Shown: piece after piece, positions 48,996-59,352 of the stretch
How positions within the stretch are numbered: the stretch's first letter is position 1
How the letters are laid out: each line of letters opens with the position of its first letter
Source: Rebecca billardiae RCC1528
Taxonomy: Eukaryota; Protista; Haptophyta
DNA length: 64,000 nt
Direction: 5' to 3'
NCBI GenBank assembly: GCA_965240325.2
Contig: OZ251234.1
Span: 310,001-374,000, forward strand
Notes under the pieces: generated by a model
The model's database searches: none
The model's input: the letters and a program-made list of their open reading frames with translations, nothing else
Told to the model about the DNA's origin: nothing
Made by a program: the position numbers and the translations under genes

Positions 48996-49388
48996 CCCGT
49001 GCGCGCACACTCCTCCTCGCTCTGTCCGCACGGCCGTCGGCCTGTCGTCATCGACATCATCAATACTGCCCGTACCGAGCTTTACCGTACCGTGCTGACC
49101 CCAGGCCGTGCTACTGCTAGCACCGACGCGGCTCGCGGCTGACGAGTGTCACAGCGCAGCCTGCAGGCCGCAGCCGTTCCTGCCCGGTGGGCCACGCTGC
49201 GTCGTTTAACGTCGCGATATACCGTCGGCTGTACGGCGGTGTAGTATTTAGTACTGCTATACAGTAGGCTCTCGGCCACTTGAGGACCGACAGCCGTCAG
49301 CCATTTAAAATATAAAGCCGTGATGAACTATACCGTATACGCGGTACGGTAACGCGGGCGGCGGGACGACGATATATCTGCGCGCTGA

Positions 49389-49390
<2 letters not shown>

Positions 49391-49458
<68 letters not shown>
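49391..49458. repeat. (TA)34 microsatellite
   Basis: Direct reading. Confidence 0.97.
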
Positions 49459-49463
<5 letters not shown>

Positions 49464-49747
49464 CGACTGTACTAGACGAGTGATATATGTGCCACTGTAA
49501 TCTCTGTCTCACACTGTCACAGCAGAGACGCCCGAGCCAAACTCGTAAATACACTAATCGGGCGGTGGCACAGCGCACAGCCGAGTTGTAGCGCGGTGCG
49601 GCTCCCGGAATTTGGATGATGAGTCGTCGTCGCGGACGAAGCAGTCGGCTCTATGTACTGCTTTGCGGCGGCGCTGCCGCAGCTGCTGACGATGGCGTGC
49701 ATCGTCTGGCTAGCAGGCTAGACTGTCGTCACGCGGTTTGACGTTTG

Positions 49748-51118
49748 TCAGCCCGCGATTCCCTCAAAGAGTTTCTGCGTCGCAGAGATGGACTCGACGA
49801 GGGCGTGCACCTCCTCGGCCGTGCTGTAGCAGTAGAGCGAGGCGCGCGCCGACGAGGAGAGGCCGAGTGCCGCGTGCAGCGGCTGCGCGCAGTGGTGCCC
49901 CGCGCGGATCGCGATGCCATCCTGGTCGACAAAGGTGGCGAGGTCGTTGGCGTGCACGCCGTCCACGACAAACGCGGCGAGCGCCGCGCGGGGCACGCCG
50001 GCGGGCGGGCCGAGCACGCGCACGCCCGGCAGCGCGGACAGGCGCTCGTGCAGGTGCGCGCCGAGCTGGAGCTCGTACGCCTCCACGGCCTCCATCCCGA
50101 GCCCCTCGAGGAACTCGACGGCCGCGCCCAGCCCCACGGCCTCGGCGATGGCGGGCGTGCCCGCCTCGAACCGACCGGGCGGCGGCGCGAACGTGGAGCC
50201 ATCGAGCGTGACCTCGTCGATCATCTCGCCGCCCGACTGATACGGGGGCATCGCCTCGAGCAGCTCGAGCCGCCCCCAGAGGAAGCCGATCCCCGTCGGC
50301 CCGCACATCTTGTGCGCCGACGCGACGAGGAAGTCGACCCCCAGCTGCGACACATCGGTCGGCATGTGCGGCACGGATTGGCACGCGTCGAGCAGCGTGC
50401 GCGCGCCCACGGCCGCGGCGGCGTCGGCGATGCGCCGGACGGGCGCGACCGAGCCGAGCACGTTGGACACGTGCGCGAACGCGACGAGCTTCGTGCGCGG
50501 GCCCAGCAGCCCGAGCAGGTGCTCCACGTCCACGCCGCCCGTGGCCGGGTCGAGCTGCGCGTACCGCACGGTCGCGCCCACGCGCTCGGCGAGCAGCTGC
50601 CAGGGCACAATGTTGGCGTGGTGCTCGGCGACGGTGAGGACGATCTCGTCGCCGGCGCCGATGTTCTGCGATCCCCACGTTGCCGCGACCAGGTTGATCG
50701 CCTCCGTCGCGCCGCGCGTGAAGACGATCTCCCGGCGCGACGGTGCGCGCACAAAGCGGGCGACAGCGTCGCGCGCCGCCTCGTACGCGTCCGTGGCGCG
50801 CGCGGAGAGTGCGTGCGCGCCGCGGTGGACGTTGGAGTTGTCGCGCTCGTAGTACTGATCCATCGCGCTGAGCACGGAGCGCGGCTTCTGCGACGTCGCC
50901 GCGCTGTCCAGGTAGACGAGTGGCCGCTCGTACACCTGCTGGTGCAGCACAGGGAACTCGGCGCGCAGCGCGGCGCCCAGGTGCGAGACGTCGACGGAGG
51001 TGGTGGCGGCCGCGCGGACGGACGACCGTGCGCTCGCACGGCCCACGCCGTGGGGCGCGAAACCGCGCGCCGCCGCTGCTCCTCGCGCGACGGAGGCTGC
51101 GAGCAGGAGCATCAGCAT
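49748..51118 (-). CDS. sufS: SufS-type (group II) cysteine desulfurase, probably plastid-targeted
   Basis: VYLDSAATSQKP, NSNVHRGAH, IVFTRGATEAINLVA, EHHANIVPWQ, SAHKMCGPTGIG, FEAGTP, IRAGHHCAQPL; signal + transit-like N-terminus MLMLLLAASVARG. Confidence 0.95.
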   Translation of the reverse strand: MLMLLLAASVARGAAAARGFAPHGVGRASARSSVRAAATTSVDVSHLGAALRAEFPVLHQQVYERPLVYLDSAATSQKPRSVLSAMDQYYERDNSNVHRGAHALSARATDAYEAARDAVARFVRAPSRREIVFTRGATEAINLVAATWGSQNIGAGDEIVLTVAEHHANIVPWQLLAERVGATVRYAQLDPATGGVDVEHLLGLLGPRTKLVAFAHVSNVLGSVAPVRRIADAAAAVGARTLLDACQSVPHMPTDVSQLGVDFLVASAHKMCGPTGIGFLWGRLELLEAMPPYQSGGEMIDEVTLDGSTFAPPPGRFEAGTPAIAEAVGLGAAVEFLEGLGMEAVEAYELQLGAHLHERLSALPGVRVLGPPAGVPRAALAAFVVDGVHANDLATFVDQDGIAIRAGHHCAQPLHAALGLSSSARASLYCYSTAEEVHALVESISATQKLFEGIAG

Positions 51119-51265
51119 GATCGCCGCACAGGCAGCGCTGCAGGAGCGGCAGGGCGATGGGCGTCGTCGGTGACCGATGCTGCTGGAACTTTCAACTTGC
51201 GGCCACTCTCGACGCTGCTTCATCAGCCGGACGTCGGCGGAGCTCAGCGCGCACGTCTCGGCGCG

Positions 51266-52665
51266 ATGCGTCCAGCGGGAAGCGGCGACGGGCGCGCACT
51301 CGCGCGGCTGCACGTCATCTCCGGCCACGTGGCGCCCGGCGGCGAGCGCGAGATTAGCATGGAGGAGGTGGCGCAGCACAACTCCGCCAAGTCGATGTGG
51401 ATCGTGGTCGACGGCGTCGTGTACGACATGACGCCGTTCCTCTCGGAGCATCCGGGCGGCAAGCGGATCCCGCTCAAGTACGCGGGCACGGATGCGTCGG
51501 AGGTGTGGCACTCAATGCATCGGCCCGAGATCATGGCCGAGTACGGCCGCGAGCTGCGCATCGGCCTGCTCGCCGGGAGCCGCAGACCGGCGGGCGTCGG
51601 CTCCGCCGGCGGCGGCGCGGGCTCGAGCGCGCCTGGCGGGACGCGCGACGCGGCGCGGTACGCGGCTGCGCTGCGGCAGTGCGCCGCCGAGCTGCGCGCC
51701 TTCGTCGACGACGAGAACTGCCACCCGATCCTCGTGCGGCTCGCGTGGCACGATTCGGGCACGTTTGATCGCGCGCTCGCGCACCGGTGGCCGGCGTGCG
51801 GTGGCGCCAACGGCTCGATCCGCTTCGAGCGCGAGCTGGCGCACGGCGCGAACGCGGGGCTGAAGAAGGCGGTGCTGTACCTCCAGCCCTTCAAGGAGAA
51901 GTTCGCCGAGCTCTCGTGGGCCGACCTCATCCAGCTCGGCGGCGCGATCTCGCTCGAGCTCGCGGGCGCGCTGCCGTCGCCGATGCGCTACGGGCGCGTC
52001 GACGTTGCGTCCGAGGAGGAGTGCCCGCCTGAGGGGCGGCTGCCGAGCGCGTACCCGCCGTTCCCGGGCGACGTGGACGCGCCGACGCACCTGCGCCAGG
52101 TCTTCGGCCGCATGGGCTTCTCCGACGCCGAGATCGTCGCGCTCTCGGGCGCGCACACGCTCGGCCGCGCCTTCAAGGAGCGCTCGGGCGTGGTGGAGGA
52201 GGGCTACGGCCGAGGCAAGGGCACGCGGCACACGCAGCCGCCGACGGGGCGCGCGCGCGCGGATGGCTCGACGGCGCTGGGCATGCCCGGCGGCAAGTCG
52301 TGGACCGAGCGCTGGCTCGCCTTCGACAACTCGTACTACGCGTACGCCGGGCACGCGGCAGACCCGGCGCTGCTGTGGATGCCGACCGACGCCGCGCTGC
52401 ACGAGGATGCACACTTCCGCGGCGCGTACGAGCGGTGCGCGCTCGGGCGCGGGCGCGCCGCGCGGCGCGAGCGCCACGCGCCGGCGCTCGGGCCATCGCC
52501 CCCGCGCGCGCTCACGCGCGCGCGACCTGTGCGCCACGCGCCGGCGGCGCCGCGTGCAGGTACGCGGCCAACCCGCGCGCGTTCAGCGTCGACTTTGCGT
52601 CGGCGCACGCCAAGCTGTCCGAGCTCGGCTCGCGCTTCGACCCGCCGCAGGGCATTGTGCTGTGA
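51266..52665 (+). CDS. APX: Cytochrome b5 - ascorbate peroxidase (class I heme peroxidase) fusion; intron 52435-52559
   Basis: b5: EVAQHN..WIVVDGVVYDMTPFLSEHPGG..AGTDAS..MH. APX: RLAWHDSGTF, GGANGSIRF, HGANAGL, ALSGAHTLGR, SWTERWLAFDNSY, MPTD, spliced AHAKLSELGSRFDPPQGIVL*. The two domains are in one exon with no stop between them. Confidence 0.92.
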
Positions 52666-53040
52666 CGGGGGTTTAGTCCGCGCGGCCGCGGCGTGGCGCG
52701 CCCGCCGCTCGATCGAGTGCCATTCTCAGCGAAAAGGGCGGCAGCAGTAGGCGGCACACATCACGTTTGCGCCGGCGGCGCCGGCGCCGTGGCTGACTGA
52801 GGGCCCGGGCACTGGCTGGGCAGTCGCCGTCGTGCCGGCCGCTGCACAGTGCGGGCACCGCGATCGAGCACGGCCACGGGGTAGCGTTCGAGTGAGAGCC
52901 GTGAGCTCGGCTCTCGGCCTCGCTAGTCGCTGCTCTCAGCTCTGGCGCCGTCTGCCCCGGAGGCCAGAGTGCCCACGGTCATGAATCATGATCCGATGCG
53001 CGATGGGCATGGCTTTCAGAGGTACAGTACTGGCAAGTCG

Positions 53041-53133
53041 TGGCAGATTGATGGCTCCGAGATTCATTTGCCGGTCACAGTTGTGACATACTGGCAGATT
53101 GGCTCCGAGATTCATTTTATTCCGGTTGTGACA
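53041..53133. repeat. Two-copy ~50-bp tandem repeat
   Basis: tggcagatt(gat)ggctccgagattcattt...gttgtgaca occurs twice. Confidence 0.8.
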
Positions 53134-54157
53134 CCTCGTCACCTCGTCCGGCGTGCTCGGGAGTGGCATCCCGTCCGCGCCGCATCTCAGGCTCTGCGCG
53201 GGCTCCGTGCCGCCAGGCCCAGGGCGGTGAGGGCCAGCGTCACCTGCGGCCTGCTCAGCCTGTGCCACCAGTGAGACTGAAGAAGTCGGCGGGCTGGCCG
53301 ACTCAGTCACTCAGAGGCTCAGTCACGCGCGCATCCTCTGCCGTCTCGGCGGAGGCCACTCGGGCGCCCAGAGGCGTGCCCGCGGCCGCGGGGCCGCGGC
53401 CGCCGCACCGGCCTGACCGGGCCGCGCGCCTCACGTAGTGCGGGTGCCGCGTGCGCGGCGTGCTGCGGGCCGCGGGCCTCATTATACGCCCGCTGTCGGG
53501 CCGCTGGCAGTACTTTCATCAGTAATACCGCTCACGACCAGCGATGAGTTCTGCTGGTAGCTCAGTAGCAGCGACACACTCGTGCCACTCGGGCGAATCG
53601 GAAGCAGCGGCACTGCGGCGCCCCGCGGGAGCCGACGAACTATCGGACTGCCCGACGGGCCCCCTGACGACCGCCCTCTGAGGTCGCTGTCGTCGCCGGC
53701 AGAGTGGCTCAGCACCCCGATACTGCCCTTATTGCAAGGGCCCAGGCGGCCGGGCTGTCGTCGCGAGGCCGGCTGCGCAGGCCATCGTCCAGATGAATCA
53801 GACCGGGATCGACATCTCCTTTGACTCCCGCCTGAATCAATACATGAAGACTACCCAGCCGTCATTAGCAAAATATATTGAGCATTTTGGCGAATATTCT
53901 CCGCCGTGCTCCTATACTCATTCTATGATTTAACGACACAGGTAGGACAACGCGGGTCTCCTGATTCGTCGGCGGCAGTGCCCGATCGTCGACACGAAGT
54001 CGGCGTTGGTGGCAGAGCATAGCCTGCACCGCGATCGTAAAGCTTGAGCGCGGCCTTGAGCTGCTGGAGCGCGATCCACCTGCGCTGCGCGGCTCGCATG
54101 GCCCTGCTGTGCCCCGAGCGAGGGCGATGGTGCAGGTCCGGATGTCAGCTGGCAGTC

Positions 54158-54820
54158 TCAGCCGCTGGTAGCAGCTGGTCGAGCCTGCCCCGTGCTCCCC
54201 GAGCGGTCGCGTACGCGCCTGCCGCTCGAGCCAACTGGCTGGCTGGCGGCGGCTGGCGCTGCGGCGTCGTCCAGGGCGCGCTTCGTCCGCTGCTGCGGCA
54301 GCTCCTCGTCGTCCAAGTCGTCGCCCGGGGGCGAGTCTCGGTCCTCGTGGAGCGGGGCAGCAGGGACTGGCGTGGGTGCAGCGGTCGGTGCCAGGCGCGC
54401 CGCCTTGCGCGCCTGGCGTTCCTTGACGGCGCGGCGCGTCGAGGAGCGACGGCTCGATGGAGAACGAATCCGTCGGCCCTCGGCGTCGCGCCGTTGCCCG
54501 CGCTTCCCACGCCGGGGCTTCTTCTTCCGCTTCTGAGAGTGCTGCTGCTCGTCGTTCGCCTGCAGCGCCTCAGCGTCCGAGCCCTGCGCGGCGGGCGGGC
54601 GCACCGGCGAGGCCGGCGTGCGCGCTGCGTGCTGGGCGGTCCGCGGGGGAGCAGTAGGAGGCGCGCCACGACCTCCCTTGCGCCGCCGGCGGGGGCCGGC
54701 GCGTTTTCCCTGTGGAGAAGCAAAGCCAGCCTCCTGCGTGGCCGTCCTGGCGATGGAGTGCGTCAGCCGCGTGCCATCCGCAAGCGTGATGGTCCACCTG
54801 CCACCAGCGCGAGAGGCCAT
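54158..54820 (-). CDS. Hypothetical basic low-complexity protein (possibly nuclear); a further 3' exon near 53930-54080 is possible
   Basis: ORF MASRAGGRWTITLADG.. with KRKKKPRRGKRG and an acidic patch; no family recognised. Confidence 0.4.
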   Translation of the reverse strand: MASRAGGRWTITLADGTRLTHSIARTATQEAGFASPQGKRAGPRRRRKGGRGAPPTAPPRTAQHAARTPASPVRPPAAQGSDAEALQANDEQQHSQKRKKKPRRGKRGQRRDAEGRRIRSPSSRRSSTRRAVKERQARKAARLAPTAAPTPVPAAPLHEDRDSPPGDDLDDEELPQQRTKRALDDAAAPAAASQPVGSSGRRVRDRSGSTGQARPAATSG

Positions 54821-55320
54821 CCGCGACGGTGCGCTTCGATCCGTCACGCAGTGCGCGGTCGGAGAAGCGCAGCTCGCCGGGGAGAGTCCCCTCGGGCTCG
54901 GTGTTCGTGGCGACGCTGGGCATCCTCGGTCACGTGGCCATGCTGGGAGGATAGCCGGGACCGGCACGATCCGCGCCCTGAGACTGCTCATAATTATTAC
55001 TTCGTTTCGTTTCGTGGTTACTCGAATCGAATGAATATTACCTCCGTGCTCATATTTTCAACGGAATGCGTTGTACCGTCGATGAGTAGGCTCTATATTC
55101 ACTGGCGCCATTGAAAAACGGTAGAACCGCCGCTACAATCGCAGTAGGGGGCCATCAAACGAGTATCGTCAATACTCAAATAATTGAGCATCAGGGCGGG
55201 AAATCGTGAGTTACTGCAATCTATCTACTCACGGCGCGCCTCCAGTGCGCCCACGCGTCAGCCCCTCACCTCCGCCTCCTCGTCAAGCGAGTAAGCGACT
55301 GAAGCGAGCGCACGCACGCC

Positions 55321-56535
55321 ATGCGGCCTCCCGTCGCGACTCCCACGACGCTCTTGCAGGCCATGCCGGCGGCTCCGGAGCTCCAAGCGCATCGAGGCCA
55401 GCCGGCGCGCTCGGCTGAGGCAGGCTCACCGCCCTCGGCCTCTGCTGCGCCGCCGCCGTCGGCACGGTGGCGCGCCACGGGCGCACAACGGTGGCTTCTG
55501 CACCACGTCTACAAGGTGCACCCGTACCCGAACAGGGCTGAGCGCGAGTACCTCGCCCTTCACCTGGGCATGACGCCAAGGCAGGTGCAAATCTGGTTTC
55601 AGAACAGGCGCTACCGCCCGCACATGGCGCCGACGACGGCGGCGCGTCCGATGGCAACGGCAGCGCGCCTCCACTCGCCGCCGCCGGCGCGGCGCCGGTG
55701 GTGGCGCATGCCCTGCCAACGACGCGCTCGGTCGCGCTCCCGCCGGCGCTGGCCACGCCCATGCCCGCCTTCGGCGCATGGGCGCCCGCCGCCGCCCCCT
55801 TCGCGTCGCCCCCGCAGCGCGCGCTCCCGATCGCGTCGCCGCTGCATGCGCCGCCGGTCGTCAACATGCCGGACGGTGAGCTGCGGGCTGAGGTGCCGCC
55901 GTCATCGTTCTGTTCGGCGCAGCCCGCCGCGTGGACAAAGCCCGAACGGGCCAACCAGGAACACCGCGCGCCGGCGGCGGACGAGGGCTTGGGCCGCGGC
56001 GCGGCCGGCTGGACCGCGATGGCAAAGGTGGTGTCGGCCGGACTCGCGCCGCCGGCCGCAGGCGGCACCGACGTCGGCGAGGCGCCGCCCAGCGTGGCCA
56101 CCACGGCGGCCGCCACTGCAGCGGTCGACGCTTCGTGCTTCGTCGCCGGCTTCCTCGCCGCCGTGCACGAGATGCTCGGGCCGCTCGACTGGTTGGCGCC
56201 AGATGGGCTCACCTCGCCGCGCGGCGGCGGCGCCGCGCGGGCGAGCCGAGCCGCAAGAAGTGGCAGGCAGATCAGACCCGCCGCCGACTCCACGCTCGCC
56301 GAAGCGAACATGGCGTCCGCATCGGAGACGGGTCTCACCATCACGCCGAGCTCGTCAAGCCCCTGGCTTGATGAGCGCCGCGCCGCCGCATTCACACCTC
56401 CTCCTCACCGCGGGCGCGCTCCCAGGCGGGTGCGACGCGGCGCTGACGACGGCGCAGCACGGGGAGACCACCTGGCGCATGGACGGCACGACCACCGTTC
56501 CCATGGATGTGCTGCTGCCGGGCGCTGGACCGTGA
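55321..56535 (+). pseudogene. Homeodomain transcription factor gene with an apparent frameshift just after the homeobox
   Basis: RWRATGAQRWLLHHVYKVHPYPNRAEREYLALHLGMTPRQVQIWFQNRR. The natural-looking continuation (GADDGGASDGNGSAPPL..) is in another frame from ~55623. Confidence 0.7.
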
Positions 56536-56648
56536 CGGCGGGTGGCGCGAACGAACGACCAGCAGGACACCCCGGATGGCCCGATCCATAACGGCCGCGC
56601 TGCGGCCGATCTCTCCCGTCTTCGCATCTGCTACTGTGTCTTTGTGCA

Positions 56649-56933
56649 GTGTTGGATGGCGTCAATCACGCCTTAACCAAGTGTGCACGTTTAAACATCG
56701 TCATATATATATATATAGTAAACCGTTGTAATCCGCGTCGCCCGTGCTGCTCAGCTAAGCAGTCGAGTGTGCCGTCCCGCGGAGTCTTACTTCTTACTTT
56801 GTACGTACCTAGTTTCATGCAATTATAATATGATGACGACGACGTCAATATGTTTATTTATAATATTTTATTTATATATTTTAAACGTGCACGACGCACA
56901 CTTGGTTAAGGCGTGATTGACGCCATCCAACAC
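56649..56933. mobile_element. MITE-like element with perfect 38-bp terminal inverted repeats and AT-rich core
   Basis: gtgttggatggcgtcaatcacgccttaaccaagtgtgc (56649-56686) and its exact inverse (56896-56933); no clear TSD. Confidence 0.75.
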
Positions 56934-57002
56934 AGCTTACGTACGTTTGTTGCTCTGCTGTGTGCCAACCTCGGCAACCTCGACATTCCTCGACATTCCT
57001 CG
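56934..57002. repeat. ~70-bp dispersed repeat, copy 1 (copy 2 at 59282-59352), ending in 9-bp cctcgacat-type units
   Basis: gtacgtttgttgctctgctgtgtgccaacct.ggcaacc..gacattcctcgacattcctcg at both sites. Confidence 0.9.
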
Positions 57003-57173
57003 ACCTTCCTCGACAACCTCGTTGACGGAGCTCGTCTTGTATTTGTCAGTACAGTTTACTATGTTTTAACGTGCACACTTGGTTAATAGGGAAATGCGAG
57101 GATTCCCCCAGGAACAACGAGCACCTCCGTGCCGCTTGTCCGTCCCGTCCCACCCGAATCCAACCCGGAGACC

Positions 57174-58418
57174 ATGACGACGCGCGCGACGACCAGCGAG
57201 CCGAAGAAGCCGTCGGCGGACGCCCTCCAGGAGCCGCGGGCGACGAAGTCGCAGAAGACGAATGCCACGTCCGACGTCGCCGGCGATGGCGGCGTCACCT
57301 CGGACGGGTTCGGCACGTCGAACCCGGCGTCGGGCGGCCGTGCGCACGGCGGCGCGTGCGGCAAGCGCCCAGCAAGGGAGTGCCCGCAGGCGGAGACTGC
57401 GACGGGCGCTTCGAAGAAGCGCAAGGCCGCGCCCGGCCCCGCTGCCGACGACGCCATCGGCATGCAGTCGCCTGCTGGCAGCACGTCGGCCGGCGGAAGC
57501 AAGGAGCCGCTCCCACCGGCGGCGCAGGCGGTGCAGGACAAGATGCTGAAGCAGGTGTGCGCCGGGCGTGCGCCGCGCGCGCGCACGCTGCCTTGTGCGA
57601 CGGCGCTGACCCACCCCGCACCGCGCATCGCCTGCGCCGTTCAGACCGAGGCGATCAATCGGCTCGCGCAGCAGCGCGCCAAGGCGCTGGAGAAGGCGAC
57701 CGAGCTGAAGCAAACGTCGGTGTCGCTCGGCCCGCCGGCGAACACGTCGTCGTTCGCGCAGGACCACGTCGAGCGCTGCGCGGACAAGAGCAACATCCGC
57801 GTGAACATCGGCGCGCAGATGCCGACGAAGCTCACGTTCGACGTGCGCCGCCAGGTGGTGTTCGGCGTGTACGTCGTGGTGCACCAGGAGGGAGTGCCGG
57901 GCGCCGAGGCCATGTTCAATGAGGGCAAGCACGTGAACAAGAACGGCGAGCAGCGCAGCTTTCTCTACGACGAGGCGCCGTCCATCGAGTACGTGCCGGT
58001 GGCGGATGAGGACGAGCAGTACCGCGTGCGCGTGCGCGCCATCGTGTTCGAGCCGCGCTCGCGCCTGATGGCGGGCCACATCCTGGAGGGCATCAAGACG
58101 GCGCCGCTCGGCTTTGCGCCCATCGTGGGCACGCTCCCGACGGTGGACGAGGTCGACCTGAACATCCCGATCGCGCGCCGCCACTCGCTGATGGCGTTCT
58201 ACGACGTGGACGGCGAGGCGTTCGGCATCTTCGGCGACGACCTCAAGTTCTACATCAAGGCCATCGAGGCGCTGGCGGTTCAGGCTGGCGCCAGCGTGCT
58301 GCAGATCGTGCGCACGCCGATCGAGACGCAGATGCACTTTGGCGGAGACATCGTGCTGGCCTGCAAGGTGACGACGGCGATCCGTGCTGAGCTGGGCGTG
58401 GCGATCACGGGCATGTGA
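57174..58418 (+). CDS. Orphan protein (disordered N-terminus with KKRK, globular C-terminus); probable intron 57555-57644
   Basis: Strong GC3 codon bias; the 90-bp GT-AG intron is in frame (MLKQ-TEAINR); no family recognised. Confidence 0.7.
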   Translation: MTTRATTSEPKKPSADALQEPRATKSQKTNATSDVAGDGGVTSDGFGTSNPASGGRAHGGACGKRPARECPQAETATGASKKRKAAPGPAADDAIGMQSPAGSTSAGGSKEPLPPAAQAVQDKMLKQVCAGRAPRARTLPCATALTHPAPRIACAVQTEAINRLAQQRAKALEKATELKQTSVSLGPPANTSSFAQDHVERCADKSNIRVNIGAQMPTKLTFDVRRQVVFGVYVVVHQEGVPGAEAMFNEGKHVNKNGEQRSFLYDEAPSIEYVPVADEDEQYRVRVRAIVFEPRSRLMAGHILEGIKTAPLGFAPIVGTLPTVDEVDLNIPIARRHSLMAFYDVDGEAFGIFGDDLKFYIKAIEALAVQAGASVLQIVRTPIETQMHFGGDIVLACKVTTAIRAELGVAITGM

Positions 58419-58626
58419 GACGGCTGGCAAGACTGTGTGCGGGTGGGTGGGAAGGGGGTCGAGCACGGGTGGGTGGGAAGGGGTTCGGGTGGGCACGTGG
58501 GCCCGCAGTCGGTGATAGGCCCCGCATGCACCGCCGAAGCGGTGTGCGTGTTGCAGCACGCACGGCCGATGCTGCAGCATAGTGACTGCGTGATCGGATA
58601 GAATACGACGTCAAGTATGATTTTTA

Positions 58627-59034
58627 GGGCCGTTCTTCACCCCGCCGCGAGCGATTCGGCGAAATTCGGCGAGTGCATTTCTTGTAATTGGGCCGCCATG
58701 GATTCGCCGAATCGCCGACCCGGCGACCCCTGTTTGCAAATTCGCCGAACCCACAAAACAGGGGCCTGCGGCGTGGGTTCGGCGAAAGTTGAGTTTACGA
58801 ATCCGTATTCACGTCCCAACTTTCGTCGAATCGGTCGAGATCCTATTGAGATCGATGGTCCGTCGATTTTGGGCGCGGCGCTAGAGTTTTTTCTCCTCGC
58901 GATCCAAACACAATCTGAATCAATCTGAATCCGAATCGAGCGAGGGGGCTCAAGAACGGCCCCTTGGCGAGCGCCTCCGAAAATCGATTCGCCGAACTTC
59001 GTTGAATTTTTCGCGGCGGGGTGAAGAACGGCCC
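58627..59034. mobile_element. Tourist-like (PIF/Harbinger) MITE, 408 bp
   Basis: Perfect 24-bp TIR GGGCCGTTCTTCACCCCGCCGCGA, with TTA target duplication at 58624-58626 and 59035-59037. Confidence 0.88.
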
Positions 59035-59352
59035 TTAGGGCGCGTGCCGCGCATAGACCGAATGGTGCACAGCCGGCGTGCACTAGCCTGGGGCTGGCCA
59101 GGCGTCGTCCAGGCGGGAATGAATAAGTCATAATTCGCGCAGTTATTATTTCAGCTCCGCGGTTGATCCTTGACGATTTTCCAAGCTCGGAGTCGGAGGA
59201 TCAGCAACATCATCCTCAAGCGTTCTGCGACCTAGGAATCTAGGATCAGCGCAACATCGTCAAACGTGCTGAGACCTAGGTAGCTTATATGTACGTTTGT
59301 TGCTCTGCTGTGTGCCAACCTAGGCAACCCTGACATTCCTCGACATTCCTCG

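Noticed and set aside
46368-49031. 887-aa ORF suggesting a long N-terminal extension on the PLP enzyme
   Set aside because: The extension is the antisense of the DUF1338 gene; the real start is probably 47759.
49745-51265. 1001-aa ORF suggesting a three-part fusion upstream of b5-APX
   Set aside because: The first ~500 aa are antisense to sufS; the 3' end also reads into an intron.
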